A stretch of DNA of 64,000 nucleotides from Actinomycetota bacterium (lineage in GTDB: Bacteria > Actinomycetota > Actinomycetes > Actinomycetales > Microbacteriaceae): contig WLIA01000002.1 of assembly GCA_009702455.1 (NCBI GenBank), forward strand, positions 8,184-72,183, read 5' to 3'. The notes under the pieces are model-generated. The model made no database searches and had not been told where the DNA came from. It saw only the letters and a list, made by a program, of their open reading frames with translations. Each line of letters starts with the position of its first letter. Position 1 is the first letter of the stretch. Both the position numbers and the translations under genes were made by a program. Of this stretch, positions 51,816 to 61,602 are shown piece by piece.

Positions 51816-53903
51816 CTAGTCGACGTGGCCGGCCTTCTCCATCTGCCTCAGTTCGCGCTTAAGTTCGACCATTTCATCACGGATGCGTGCCGCCAACTCG
51901 AACTGCAACTCGCTGGCCGCTGCCTTCATTTGGGCCTCAAGTTCGATGACAACAGAAAGGATTTCGTCGTAGGCCTTGCCAGCTATACCCTTGCGACCCT
52001 TGGTAGCCGTTGCAGAGAGACCTGACTTCAGTTTGCCGCCGCTCTTTCCTTTGTTCTCGGCGATGAGCTGTGCTGTATCTGCTTCTTCTCGCATTATGTC
52101 GTCGGTTATGTCGGCGATCTTCTTGCGCAGCGGTTGCGGATCGACACCCCTTGCAATGTTGTAGGCAACCTGTTTCTCGCGTCGTCGGTCTGTCTCGTCA
52201 ATTGCCTTTGCCATCGCATCGGTAACCCTATCGGCATACATGTGAACTTCGCCGTTGATGTTTCGAGCGGCTCGACCGATGGTTTGAATCAACGAGGTTG
52301 CCGAACGCAGGAATCCCTGCTTGTCTGCATCGAGAATAGCGACGAGCGAAACTTCGGGCAGGTCAAGACCCTCGCGAAGCAGGTTGATGCCAACGAGCAC
52401 GTCATAGGCGCCGGTGCGAAGTTCGCGAAGTAATTCAACTCGGCGCAGGGTGTCGACGTCGCTGTGTAGGTAACGCACACGCACACCAGCCTCGGTTAGA
52501 AAGTCGGTTAACTCTTCAGACATTTTCTTGGTCAGAGTTGTTACCAGGATGCGCTCATCCTTGGCGACCCGAACACGTATTTGCTCGAGCAGGTCGTCGA
52601 TTTGCCCCTTTGTCGGCTTCACGACTATCTGAGGGTCAACCAATCCGGTCGGTCTGATGATCTGCTCAACTACGCCGTCGGACATGCCTAGCTCATACTT
52701 GCCGGGCGTTGCAGAGAGGTAAACGGTTTGACCAACCCGCTGTTGAAACTCATCCCAGCGCAAGGGTCGGTTGTCCATGGCCGATGGCAATCTGAAGCCG
52801 TGCTCTACTAGGGTTCGCTTGCGTGAGGCATCACCTTCGTGCATGGCACCGATTTGCGGCACGGTCACGTGCGACTCGTCGATAACGGTAAGAAAGTCGT
52901 CTGGAAAATAGTCGAGCAGGCAACTCGGTGCTTCGCCAGGCTCGCGATTATCGATGTGACGCGAGTAGTTCTCGATTCCACTGCAGAAACCAAGTTCGCG
53001 AATCATTTCGAGGTCGAAGTTGGTTCTCATCTTGATGCGTTGGGCTTCGAGCAGTTTGCCCTGTTGCTCAAATTCCTTTACCCGGGCAATTGCCTCATGC
53101 TCAATCGCCTCGATAGCCCGACCCATTTGCTCTGCTGGAGCCACATAGTAGGAGGCCGGGAAAATGGCTACCGACGATGGGTTACCCATGACTTCGCCGG
53201 TTAGCGGTGATAGCGAATAAATGGCTTCGATTTCGTCTCCGAAGAGTTCGATTCGGGTTGCTAGTTCGTCGTAAACCGGAATGATCTCGATCGTGTCGCC
53301 CTTGACTCGAAAATTTCCTCGGCTGAAGTCAATGTCATTTCGCTTGTACTGCAGCTCAACGAAGCGTCTGATGAGCGCATCGCGGTCAATGCGTTGACCT
53401 ACCTGCAGCGGCACGCTCTGGTTCAAGTATTCGGCAGGAGCACCGAGACCGTATATGCAGCTGACCGTGCTGACCACGATGACATCTCTGCGTGAAAGCA
53501 AGCTCATAGTCGCCTTGTAGCGAAGCCGTTCTACCTCTTCGTTTATCGAGCTATCTTTCTCGATGAATGTATCGGTTTGTGGAACATAGGCCTCTGGTTG
53601 GTAGTAGTCGTAGTAGCTAACGAAGTACTCGACCGCGTTGTTTGGCAACAGCTGCTTGAACTCGTTGGCCAACTGTGCGGCGAGAGTCTTGTTGTGAGCC
53701 AAAACCAAGGTTGGTCGTTGCACCTGCTCTACTAACCACGCTGTCGTTGCTGACTTACCGGTTCCGGTGGCCCCCAGAAGCACCACATCACGCTCACCGT
53801 TGTTTAGCCGCTTGGTTAGCTCGGCTATTGCTTGCGGCTGATCACCCGCAGGTTGGTAATCGCTGATTACCTCGAAACGATTCAGTGCCCTCGTTGACTC
53901 CAT
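51816..53903 (-). CDS. uvrB: Excinuclease ABC subunit B
   Basis: [36 protein letters not shown]-terminal UVR domain. Confidence 0.98.
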   Translation of the reverse strand: MESTRALNRFEVISDYQPAGDQPQAIAELTKRLNNGERDVVLLGATGTGKSATTAWLVEQVQRPTLVLAHNKTLAAQLANEFKQLLPNNAVEYFVSYYDYYQPEAYVPQTDTFIEKDSSINEEVERLRYKATMSLLSRRDVIVVSTVSCIYGLGAPAEYLNQSVPLQVGQRIDRDALIRRFVELQYKRNDIDFSRGNFRVKGDTIEIIPVYDELATRIELFGDEIEAIYSLSPLTGEVMGNPSSVAIFPASYYVAPAEQMGRAIEAIEHEAIARVKEFEQQGKLLEAQRIKMRTNFDLEMIRELGFCSGIENYSRHIDNREPGEAPSCLLDYFPDDFLTVIDESHVTVPQIGAMHEGDASRKRTLVEHGFRLPSAMDNRPLRWDEFQQRVGQTVYLSATPGKYELGMSDGVVEQIIRPTGLVDPQIVVKPTKGQIDDLLEQIRVRVAKDERILVTTLTKKMSEELTDFLTEAGVRVRYLHSDVDTLRRVELLRELRTGAYDVLVGINLLREGLDLPEVSLVAILDADKQGFLRSATSLIQTIGRAARNINGEVHMYADRVTDAMAKAIDETDRRREKQVAYNIARGVDPQPLRKKIADITDDIMREEADTAQLIAENKGKSGGKLKSGLSATATKGRKGIAGKAYDEILSVVIELEAQMKAAASELQFELAARIRDEMVELKRELRQMEKAGHVD

Positions 53904-54514
53904 TAATCGGCACTCGCAGAAGTTGATAGCTTGAGGATTTCTCGCCAGAGAGCATCGGTGTCGCGCAGCAACAGGTTGAGGTCTTGGTTTGAGTTGAGAA
54001 TTCGATCGGCCCTGGCGGCTCGCTCAATTGGCTTAGCTTGCGCCGAAATTCTGCTGCGAGCTTCGCTCTCGGTCAAACCGCGGGTCTCAATCAGTCGCCG
54101 CAGCTGTTCTTCTTCTGGTGCTTCGACCGTGACCACCAAGTCAAACGGGTGATCGACAGCTGCCTCAACCAAGAGCGGAACGTTGTAAACGACAATCGAT
54201 TCGGCTGGCAATTCACTCAGGAGTTGTTTGGTGCGCTGCTTGATAAGCGGGTGCAGTATCGAATTCAACAGTTCGCGTTTGCCCGCATCTGAAAAAATCT
54301 GCATGGCTAGCTGCTTGCGGTCAAGCTCTCCATCGGCGGTTAGAACATCTGAGCCAAACGCCTCGACGACGCGGCCGAGACCAACTGTGCCAGGCTCGAC
54401 AACATCACGGGCAACTTGATCGGCATCAATCTCTAATGCGCCGTGTTCAGCCCAACGTTTTGCAACCGTGCTCTTGCCAGCGGCAATGCCTCCGGTAAGG
54501 CCGATTAGATACAT
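53903..54514 (-). CDS. coaE: Dephospho-CoA kinase
   Basis: [29 protein letters not shown]. Confidence 0.96.
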   Translation of the reverse strand: MYLIGLTGGIAAGKSTVAKRWAEHGALEIDADQVARDVVEPGTVGLGRVVEAFGSDVLTADGELDRKQLAMQIFSDAGKRELLNSILHPLIKQRTKQLLSELPAESIVVYNVPLLVEAAVDHPFDLVVTVEAPEEEQLRRLIETRGLTESEARSRISAQAKPIERAARADRILNSNQDLNLLLRDTDALWREILKLSTSASAD

Positions 54515-54545
54515 GGTCTAAGCCTAAACACTTCAAACTTAAATG

Positions 54546-54579
54546 CAGAATGCGGGCCACTCTCGTGACCCGCATTCTG
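54546..54579 (-). terminator. Probable rpsA terminator
   Basis: CAGAATGCGGG...CCCGCATTCTG 11-bp stem just after the rpsA stop; weak U tract. Confidence 0.7.
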
Positions 54580-54590
54580 AAGGATTAAAC

Positions 54591-56048
54591 CTATTCTGCG
54601 CTCTTGAGCTGATCGCGAAGTGCTGCAAGCGACTCATCGCCTGAAAGCGTACCTTCATCGGCTGATTCGCTTGAGTAGCTTGAGCTCGAAGCTGCAGGGT
54701 CAACGGCAGGTGCGTCTGGCAACTTGGCGGCAGCCTCGTTGGCAATCTTTACCTGGCGCTTGTGCTCTTCCCAACGGGCGTGAGCTTCTGCATACTCTTT
54801 CTCCCACTTGGTGCGAGCATCCTCGTAACCTGGCTTCCATTCGCTGGTTGCCGAGTCAAAGCCCTCTGGGTACTTGTACTGGCCGGCGTCATCGTAGTCA
54901 GCAGCCATTCCATAGAGTGCCGGGTTGAACTCGGTGCTCTCTGGGTTTACCTCTTCGGTAGCCTGCTTCAACGATAGAGAAATGCGGCGGCGGTCGAGAT
55001 CGATGTCGATTACCTTGACGAAGACGTCTTGGTTGACCGAAACAACCTGCTCGGCTAGTTCGATGTGCTTAGCAGATAGCTCAGAAATGTGAACTAGACC
55101 TTCAATGCCATCAGCCACGCGAACGAATGCACCGAATGGAACCAACTTGGTTACCTTGCCAGGTGCGTACTGACCGATTGCGTGGGTGCGAGCGAACACT
55201 GCCCATGGATCTTCTTGAGTGGCCTTTAGCGAAAGTGACACGCGCTCACGGTCTTGGTCTACCTCGAGAACCTCAACGGTAACCTCTTGGCCGATTTCAA
55301 CAACCTCTGATGCGTGCTCGATGTGCTTCCATGAAAGCTCAGAGACGTGAACGAGACCGTCAACGCCGCCGAGGTCGATGAATGCACCGAAGTTAACAAT
55401 CGATGAAACCACACCGGTGCGAATCTGACCCTTGGTCAAGTCTGCTAGGAATGTGCTTCGGTTTGCAGACTGGCTCTGCTCAAGCAAAGCGCGACGAGAA
55501 AGCACAACGTTGTTGCGGTTCTTGTCGAGTTCAAGAATCTTGGCTTCAACCTTCTGACCCAAGTATGGGCCTAGGTCGCGAACTCGGCGAAGCTCAATGA
55601 GTGACGCTGGCAAGAATCCACGAAGGCCAATGTCGACGATAAGTCCACCCTTGACAACTTCGATAACAACACCGGTGACGGTGCCGTCAGCTTCTTTAAC
55701 CTTTTCGACGTCGCCCCATGCACGCTCGTACTGTGCGCGCTTCTTCGAAAGAATTAGGCGGCCTTCTTTGTCTTCTTTTTGAAGAACAAGTGCCTCTACG
55801 GTGTCGCCAACCGAAACGATCTCTGAAGGATCTGCATCGTGGCGGATTGAAAGTTCACGCGAAGGAATAACACCTTCGGTTTTGTAGCCAACGTCTAGAA
55901 GAACTTCGTCACGGTCAATCTTTACAACGGTTCCTTCGATAAGGTCACCATCGTTGAAGAACTTTAGGGTCTTCTCAACTGCTGCTAGAAAGTCCTCAGC
56001 AGATCCAATGTCGTTGACTGCGATCTGCTTGCTTGGGGTGTTTGTCAT
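54591..56048 (-). CDS. rpsA: 30S ribosomal protein S1
   Basis: Actinobacterial RpsA N-terminus (AVNDIGSAEDFLAA), four S1 domains, C-terminal LAALRDQL. Confidence 0.98.
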   Translation of the reverse strand: MTNTPSKQIAVNDIGSAEDFLAAVEKTLKFFNDGDLIEGTVVKIDRDEVLLDVGYKTEGVIPSRELSIRHDADPSEIVSVGDTVEALVLQKEDKEGRLILSKKRAQYERAWGDVEKVKEADGTVTGVVIEVVKGGLIVDIGLRGFLPASLIELRRVRDLGPYLGQKVEAKILELDKNRNNVVLSRRALLEQSQSANRSTFLADLTKGQIRTGVVSSIVNFGAFIDLGGVDGLVHVSELSWKHIEHASEVVEIGQEVTVEVLEVDQDRERVSLSLKATQEDPWAVFARTHAIGQYAPGKVTKLVPFGAFVRVADGIEGLVHISELSAKHIELAEQVVSVNQDVFVKVIDIDLDRRRISLSLKQATEEVNPESTEFNPALYGMAADYDDAGQYKYPEGFDSATSEWKPGYEDARTKWEKEYAEAHARWEEHKRQVKIANEAAAKLPDAPAVDPAASSSSYSSESADEGTLSGDESLAALRDQLKSAE

Positions 56049-56135
56049 ATTTTGTTTTACTCTTTACGGACATACTCGGGCCAGACGAGGTTTAACCCTC
56101 GAAGGCAATGGATTTGCGCCAATCGGCACCTTCCA

Positions 56136-56163
56136 AGTCTAGCCCCGTTTCAGGCTTTATCAA
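56136..56163 (-). promoter_or_regulatory. SigA-like promoter of rpsA
   Basis: TTGATA-16 nt-TAGACT on the minus strand, followed by an A-rich leader with no SD. Confidence 0.55.
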
Positions 56164-56176
56164 CAGCCAGATCGGG

Positions 56177-58891
56177 TTAGTGCCCGGCGGCATCCCAGGA
56201 TTTGCCTATGCCAACGTGAACCTCGAGCGGAACACTGAGTTCGACAACATGGCTCATCTGATCGGTGACCAGCGCCTTCAGCTGTTCGAGCTCGCCCGCG
56301 AACACCTCGAAGACCAGTTCGTCGTGAACCTGAAGCAGCATGCGGCTCTTGAGGTCATCCTCGGCCATTTTGTTGGCAATGCGGGTCATCGCGAGCTTCA
56401 TGATGTCGGCAGCAGTGCCTTGAATTGGCGCGTTTAGCGCTGCGCGTCTGGCTGCCTCGCGAACCTGAAACACGCTCGATTTGAGGTCTTCGAAGGGCCT
56501 GCGGCGACCAAAGGTAGTGGCCGTGAAGCCGTTCAGTTTGGCTTGATCGACAACCTGTGACAGATAGCGCCTTACTCCCCCAAAGCGGTCGAAGTAGTCG
56601 GCCATCAACTGCTTGGCTTCGCCGTTAGACATTCTGAGCTGTTTGGCAAGGCCATATTCGCTCAGCCCGTAAACCAGGCCATAGCTCATGGCCTTGACCT
56701 TCGATCGCATTGCACTTGTGACTTCGTCTGGAGCAACCCCAAAGATTCTCGAGCCAACGAAGCGGTGAAGGTCTTCGCCAGTCTTAAAGGCCTCGATGAG
56801 ACCGGCATCCTCGCTGAGATGAGCCATGATGCGCATTTCTATTTGCGAGTAGTCGGCGGTGAGAAGGGTCTCGAAGCCTTCGCCCACGATAAATGAATCG
56901 CGGATCTGACGACCGCGTTCGCTCTTGATCGGGATGTTCTGCAGATTCGGTGAATCACTTGAAAGTCGACCCGTCGAGGTTCCGGTCTGCGAGTAGTTGG
57001 TATGGATGCGGCCGTCTATTGCAATTGCCTTGATGACGGTCTCAAGGATCTGGCGAAGCTTCGTGGTTTCTCTGTGCTCTAGCAGCTTGGCGAGAAAAGG
57101 ATGCTCGGTCTGTTCGAAGAGTTCATTAAGAGCAGCAGCGTTAGTTGAGAATCCGGTCTTCACAGACTTTGTTCCGGTCATGCCAAGTTCGTCAAACAAA
57201 ACTGTTTGCAGTTGCTTCGGTGAGGCCAGGTTTATCTCTCGACCAATAATCGAATAGGCAGCTTTCGCTATTGCCGCAACCTCTTCGCCTAGAGAGTCAA
57301 AAAGTGATTCTAGTTTCGGGCGATCGATGAATATGCCGGTGTTCTCCATGCCAGCAAGAACTCGACTCGTTGGCAATTCAATTTCAGACAGCACTCGCAC
57401 TTGATCTTCTGCTCTGAGTGTTTCAAAGAGCGATGGCGCTAGAACCGCCGTCAGCCAGGCATCAAGCGAGGCGTCGTCTGCAGCCTCGCGAATCAAAGCG
57501 TTCTGATCGCCTCGCTCGACAGAGAGCCCCAGGTATTCGAGTGCAATGTCATCGAGTGAGTAATCTTTGCGAACCGGATTCTGCAGGTAGGTCATCAGGA
57601 GCACGTCAAACTCCACACCAGCTAGATCTAGGTCGAGCTCCAGCAGTTTTCTTGTTGTGTTCTTTGAGTCAAATAGTGCTTTAGGCGACTTAGCTGAAGC
57701 AAGCCAATCACCAAGCGTTTCGACAACATCCTTGGTTGAAGCGGGTGCCCAAGTCGACCTTGTGGTCTCTGATGCGAAACCGATGCTTAGAATGCCGCTC
57801 TCACCGAATTCAAAGGCAATTGACATCAGCCCAACTGTTGACGACAGCAGGGCTTTTGCCTGTTCACGCGAAAGGGCTCTGTTCGCAGGAATCTCGAGCT
57901 CTCGAAACACCGTTGGCGACGCCGAAGGGCTGATGTTGGAATCGGCAACAGACGCTGCCGAAGGCGAACTTGAAGCTGATGCTGGTGCTGGACCCGCGGC
58001 TGATGAACTAGCCCCTTTGAGTCTGATTACTCTTTCGGTGAGTGACTTGAAGTGCAACTTGCTGAAGACTTCTCGAACGCGGTTCTCGTCAACGCCCGTA
58101 ATCTCCAGGCTCGAAAACTCGAAATCGAAATCGAGATCGCGCACTAGGTGGTTTAGTCTGCGGTTGCGCACCGCAAGTTGCATGTGCTCGCGAAGGCTTT
58201 CGCCAACTTTGCCGGCAATCTGTTCGGCCGAATCGAAAATTGCCTGCAACGAGCCAAACTGCTGAAGCCACTTAGCTGCGGTTTTCGGGCCGACACCTGG
58301 AATACCCGGAAGATTGTCTGAGGTTTCGCCAACAAGGGCGGCAAGGTCGGGATACTGCTTTGCGTGCACGGCATACTTCGCATAGACCGCTTCGTCATCC
58401 ATGCGTGCCAGATTCAAAACGCCCTTAACCGGATACAAGATTGTCGTGTCTTCACGGATGAGTTGGAAGGTGTCGCGATCGCCCGATACCACCAAGACCT
58501 TGAAACCCTGGTCTGCTGCTTGGTCGGCAAGACTCGCCAATATGTCGTCGGCTTCGTAATTGTCTCTGGTGATGTTTTTGATGTTCATGGCATTGAGCGC
58601 TTCGCGAAGCAGCTCAGTCTGTCCCATGAATTCCGGCGGGGTCTCTCCCCTTGTTCCCTTGTATTCGGGGTACTCCTCGGTGCGAAAGGATTCTCGCGAA
58701 AGATCGAAGGCGACCGCCAGGTGGGTTGGTTTCTCGGCTGAGAGTATGTTCAACAGCATCGAGATGAATCCGTGGATGGCGTTCGTGTGCTGCCCGTCTG
58801 GCGTTCTAAAACTGTCGGGGCTAAGTGCGTAGAAGGCTCGGAATGCCAAAGAATGACCGTCAATTAGCAGCAAGGTAGGCTTGGCATTCAT
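56177..58891 (-). CDS. polA: DNA polymerase I
   Basis: IDGHSLAFRAF, YEADD, TGRLSS..PNLQNIP, ADYSQIEMR, QVHDEL; ATG 58891 lies 6 nt after TAGGCT. Confidence 0.97.
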   Translation of the reverse strand: MNAKPTLLLIDGHSLAFRAFYALSPDSFRTPDGQHTNAIHGFISMLLNILSAEKPTHLAVAFDLSRESFRTEEYPEYKGTRGETPPEFMGQTELLREALNAMNIKNITRDNYEADDILASLADQAADQGFKVLVVSGDRDTFQLIREDTTILYPVKGVLNLARMDDEAVYAKYAVHAKQYPDLAALVGETSDNLPGIPGVGPKTAAKWLQQFGSLQAIFDSAEQIAGKVGESLREHMQLAVRNRRLNHLVRDLDFDFEFSSLEITGVDENRVREVFSKLHFKSLTERVIRLKGASSSAAGPAPASASSSPSAASVADSNISPSASPTVFRELEIPANRALSREQAKALLSSTVGLMSIAFEFGESGILSIGFASETTRSTWAPASTKDVVETLGDWLASAKSPKALFDSKNTTRKLLELDLDLAGVEFDVLLMTYLQNPVRKDYSLDDIALEYLGLSVERGDQNALIREAADDASLDAWLTAVLAPSLFETLRAEDQVRVLSEIELPTSRVLAGMENTGIFIDRPKLESLFDSLGEEVAAIAKAAYSIIGREINLASPKQLQTVLFDELGMTGTKSVKTGFSTNAAALNELFEQTEHPFLAKLLEHRETTKLRQILETVIKAIAIDGRIHTNYSQTGTSTGRLSSDSPNLQNIPIKSERGRQIRDSFIVGEGFETLLTADYSQIEMRIMAHLSEDAGLIEAFKTGEDLHRFVGSRIFGVAPDEVTSAMRSKVKAMSYGLVYGLSEYGLAKQLRMSNGEAKQLMADYFDRFGGVRRYLSQVVDQAKLNGFTATTFGRRRPFEDLKSSVFQVREAARRAALNAPIQGTAADIMKLAMTRIANKMAEDDLKSRMLLQVHDELVFEVFAGELEQLKALVTDQMSHVVELSVPLEVHVGIGKSWDAAGH

Positions 58892-58896
58892 AGGCA

Positions 58897-58903
58897 TAGC
58901 CTA
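58897..58903. promoter_or_regulatory. Fully overlapping bidirectional -10 element for polA and the thioesterase
   Basis: TAGCCTA reads TAGCCT on plus and TAGGCT on minus; an ATG lies 6 nt away on each strand (58909 and 58891). Confidence 0.65.
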
Positions 58904-58928
58904 AGCGAATGCATCAGTGAGGAGTCTC

Positions 58929-59360
58929 ATGAACGACGAAGTGCAGACCAGCGAAGCTGCTGCAAAGCTGCTCGCCGACCGCTCTGTCGGCGAATTAGCC
59001 GAGAAAATGGGAATCAAACTCATCGAGCTATCGGCCGAACGAGCCGTGGCCACGATGCCTGTTGCTGGCAACACCCAACCGTTTGGAGTGCTTCATGGAG
59101 GTGCACATGTTGTTCTCGGCGAGAGCCTTGGCAGCATGGCCGCCAATGTCTGGGCTTATCCAGACAGGGTTGCTGTTGGCATCGAAGTTAGCGCCTCGCA
59201 CAGCCGCTCGGCGACCTCAGGAGTTGTCACCGGCACATGCACAGCCATAAATCTAGGCAAATCGCTGACCGTTCATGAAATAGTCGTCACAGATGAGCAA
59301 GGTCGCCGTTTGTCGACCGTTCGAATCACTAACTACCTGCGCGAGAAACCTACTCGCTAG
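58929..59360 (+). CDS. PaaI/hotdog-fold thioesterase (DHNA-CoA thioesterase-like)
   Basis: NTQPFGVLHGG...GESLGS, GIEVSASH; ATG 58929 after GAGGAG. Confidence 0.9.
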   Translation: MNDEVQTSEAAAKLLADRSVGELAEKMGIKLIELSAERAVATMPVAGNTQPFGVLHGGAHVVLGESLGSMAANVWAYPDRVAVGIEVSASHSRSATSGVVTGTCTAINLGKSLTVHEIVVTDEQGRRLSTVRITNYLREKPTR

Positions 59361-59958
59361 GGGTTTCAGTCTTCTTCGGCCCGAGCTGATCGATTATCGT
59401 CACGGCCACCTCGTGCATGGTCAGGCGTCTGTCCATCGAGGCCTTCTGAATCCAGCGAAAGGCCTCTGGTTCAGTCAGGTTCATTTTCTCGTTTAGCAGA
59501 CCCTTAGCGCGATCAACAAGTTTGCGAGTTTCAAATCGTTCGTTAAGGTCTTGAATTTCGGCTTCAAGAGCAGTGAATTGCTGATGCCTGCTCCAGGCGA
59601 TTTCTATGGCCGGAAGCAAGTCGTTTGGCGTAAATGGTTTAACCACATATGCCATTGCTCCGGCCTCTGAAGCTCTCTCGACGAGTTCCTTTTGGCTGAA
59701 GGCGGTAAGTAGAACGATAGGTATTTTGAGTGGCTGAATCTGCTCGGCTGCAGAGATGCCATCGAGATGTGGCATCTTGATGTCCATCACGATGAGATCG
59801 GGATGCTTGCTCTTCGCCAACTCGACTGCTTCCAGGCCGTCTGCAGCTTGCGCGATTACCTCGAAGCCGAAATCGGTCAGAGTCTCGACGATGTCCATGC
59901 GAATGAGAGACTCATCCTCGGCAACCAAAACGGTTCGCTTCGCTGATGTGTCGCTCAT
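59350..59958 (-). CDS. pdtaR: ANTAR-domain response regulator (PdtaR-like)
   Basis: REC domain (AEDE, MDIKMP, TAFSQ, KP) plus ANTAR domain (RKLVDRAKGLL...AFRWIQKASMDRR). Confidence 0.92.
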   Translation of the reverse strand: MSDTSAKRTVLVAEDESLIRMDIVETLTDFGFEVIAQAADGLEAVELAKSKHPDLIVMDIKMPHLDGISAAEQIQPLKIPIVLLTAFSQKELVERASEAGAMAYVVKPFTPNDLLPAIEIAWSRHQQFTALEAEIQDLNERFETRKLVDRAKGLLNEKMNLTEPEAFRWIQKASMDRRLTMHEVAVTIIDQLGPKKTETPSE

Positions 59959-60020
59959 GCCGATAAGCGTATTGGAGTTTTGGCCTAAATCGCCGATGGT
60001 CTAAACTATTTCGGTAGCAA

Positions 60021-60101
60021 GCCGAAGTGGCGAAATGGCAGACGCGGAGCACTCAAAATGCTTTTCCGAAAGGAGTGCGGGTTCAAGTCCCGCCTTCGGC
60101 A
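60021..60101 (+). tRNA. tRNA-Leu(CAA)
   Basis: Acceptor GCCGAAG/CTTCGGC-A, anticodon arm GAGCA-CTCAAAA-TGCTT, variable arm TTCC-GAAA-GGAG, T-arm GCGGG-TTCAAGT-CCCGC; CCA not encoded. Confidence 0.96.
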
Positions 60102-60106
60102 CAAAG

Positions 60107-60137
60107 AGAAAACCGACCCCTTGGGGTCGGTTTTTCT
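60107..60137. terminator. Bidirectional terminator between tRNA-Leu and pyk
   Basis: AAAACCGACCCC-TT-GGGGTCGGTTTTT. Confidence 0.9.
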
Positions 60138-60139
60138 GT

Positions 60140-61555
60140 TTAGCTGGCCTCGCCTACCCGGTGCACCCTCAGGGTGTTTGTCGAACCCGGCACTCCCGGT
60201 GGCGTTCCCGCGACTACAACTACCTCGTCGCCCATCTTCGCAAGTCCCTGGGCCAGAAGAATTTCGTCTACCTGATCCATCATCTGGTCGGTGTGCATAA
60301 CCGGATTCACCATGAAAGTCTTTGAACCCCAAACCAGCGAGAGTCTGCGTCTGGTTTCTGCGCTCGGGGTAAAGGCGATGATTGGCACAGCCGTGCGCAG
60401 TCTTGAAACGCGTCGCATTGAATCACCAGACGCAGTGAAAACGCAAACGTACTTTGAACCAAGTAGCTCTGCAATCTCAACCGCCGCAAGAGAAACAGCA
60501 CCCGCGTGAGTATGTGGCCGAGTTCCGAGAGCAGGGATGCGATCCAAACCATTGTCTTCAGTTGACTCAATTATTCGAGCCATAACCTCGACAGTCTCTA
60601 CCGGCCACTTGCCAACCGATGTCTCACCAGAAAGCATTACCGCGTCGGCCCCATCAAGAATCGCGTTAGCAACGTCAGATGCCTCTGCGCGAGTTGGTCT
60701 TGAGTTCTCAATCATTGTCTCTAGCATTTGGGTGGCCACAATGACTGGCTTAGCCCATCTTCTTGAAAGTTCGATAGCCCGCTTCTGGACTATTGGAACC
60801 TCCTCTAGCGGTAGTTCAACGCCGAGATCGCCTCTTGCCACCATGATGCCGTCGAAAGCGTCAATGATTTCCTCAAGCGCTGCTACTGCCTGAGGTTTTT
60901 CAATCTTCGCAATCACCGGAAGGAACTTGCCTTCTTCCTTCATAATTTCGTGAACACGAACGATGTCTGATGCATCGCGAACGAATGAGAGCGCAATCAT
61001 GTCTGCACCAAGACGAATTCCCCAGCGAAGGTCATCCTCGTCTTTCTCTGACAGTGCGGGAACATTTACGGCGACACCTGGCAGGTTGATGCCCTTGTTG
61101 TTCGAGACCGGTCCACCGATTTCGACCACGGTGGTAACCGTGCTGTCGGAAACCTCGGTTGCCCTGAGGCTAACCTTTCCATCATCGATAAGAAGCATGT
61201 CGCCCGGCTTCACATCTCCTGGCAGTCCCTTAAATGTTGTCGAGCAGATGTTTACGTCACCGACGATGTCATCGATTGTGATCTTGAAGGTCGCGCCCTT
61301 TTCGAGCATGACCGGGCCATCAGCGAACCTTCCAAGGCGAATTTTTGGACCCTGCAGGTCTACGAAAACACCAACCGGCTTGTCGAGGTCTTCTGCTGCC
61401 TTGCGTACGTTGCGGTAAACCTCTTCGTGAACCTCGTAGCTACCGTGGCTGAGGTTCATTCGTGCTACGTCGACACCGGCCTCGATAACTGCTCGAATCT
61501 GTTCATAGCTCGAGGTGGCTGGGCCTAGTGTTGCAACAATTTTGGCGCGTCTCAT
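60140..61555 (-). CDS. pyk: Pyruvate kinase
   Basis: KIVATLGPA, RMNLSHG, DLQGPKIR, AKIEK, MVARGDLGVE, MLSGET. Confidence 0.98.
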   Translation of the reverse strand: MRRAKIVATLGPATSSYEQIRAVIEAGVDVARMNLSHGSYEVHEEVYRNVRKAAEDLDKPVGVFVDLQGPKIRLGRFADGPVMLEKGATFKITIDDIVGDVNICSTTFKGLPGDVKPGDMLLIDDGKVSLRATEVSDSTVTTVVEIGGPVSNNKGINLPGVAVNVPALSEKDEDDLRWGIRLGADMIALSFVRDASDIVRVHEIMKEEGKFLPVIAKIEKPQAVAALEEIIDAFDGIMVARGDLGVELPLEEVPIVQKRAIELSRRWAKPVIVATQMLETMIENSRPTRAEASDVANAILDGADAVMLSGETSVGKWPVETVEVMARIIESTEDNGLDRIPALGTRPHTHAGAVSLAAVEIAELLGSKYVCVFTASGDSMRRVSRLRTAVPIIAFTPSAETRRRLSLVWGSKTFMVNPVMHTDQMMDQVDEILLAQGLAKMGDEVVVVAGTPPGVPGSTNTLRVHRVGEAS

Positions 61556-61602
61556 TGGTTCCTTCTTTTGTTTATCTCGACAAGTTTATCGAGCGAGTTT
61601 TG

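Noticed and set aside
60006-60332. Short ORFs spanning tRNA-Leu(CAA) and the pyk 3' end
   Set aside because: They overlap the tRNA, terminator and pyk; spurious.
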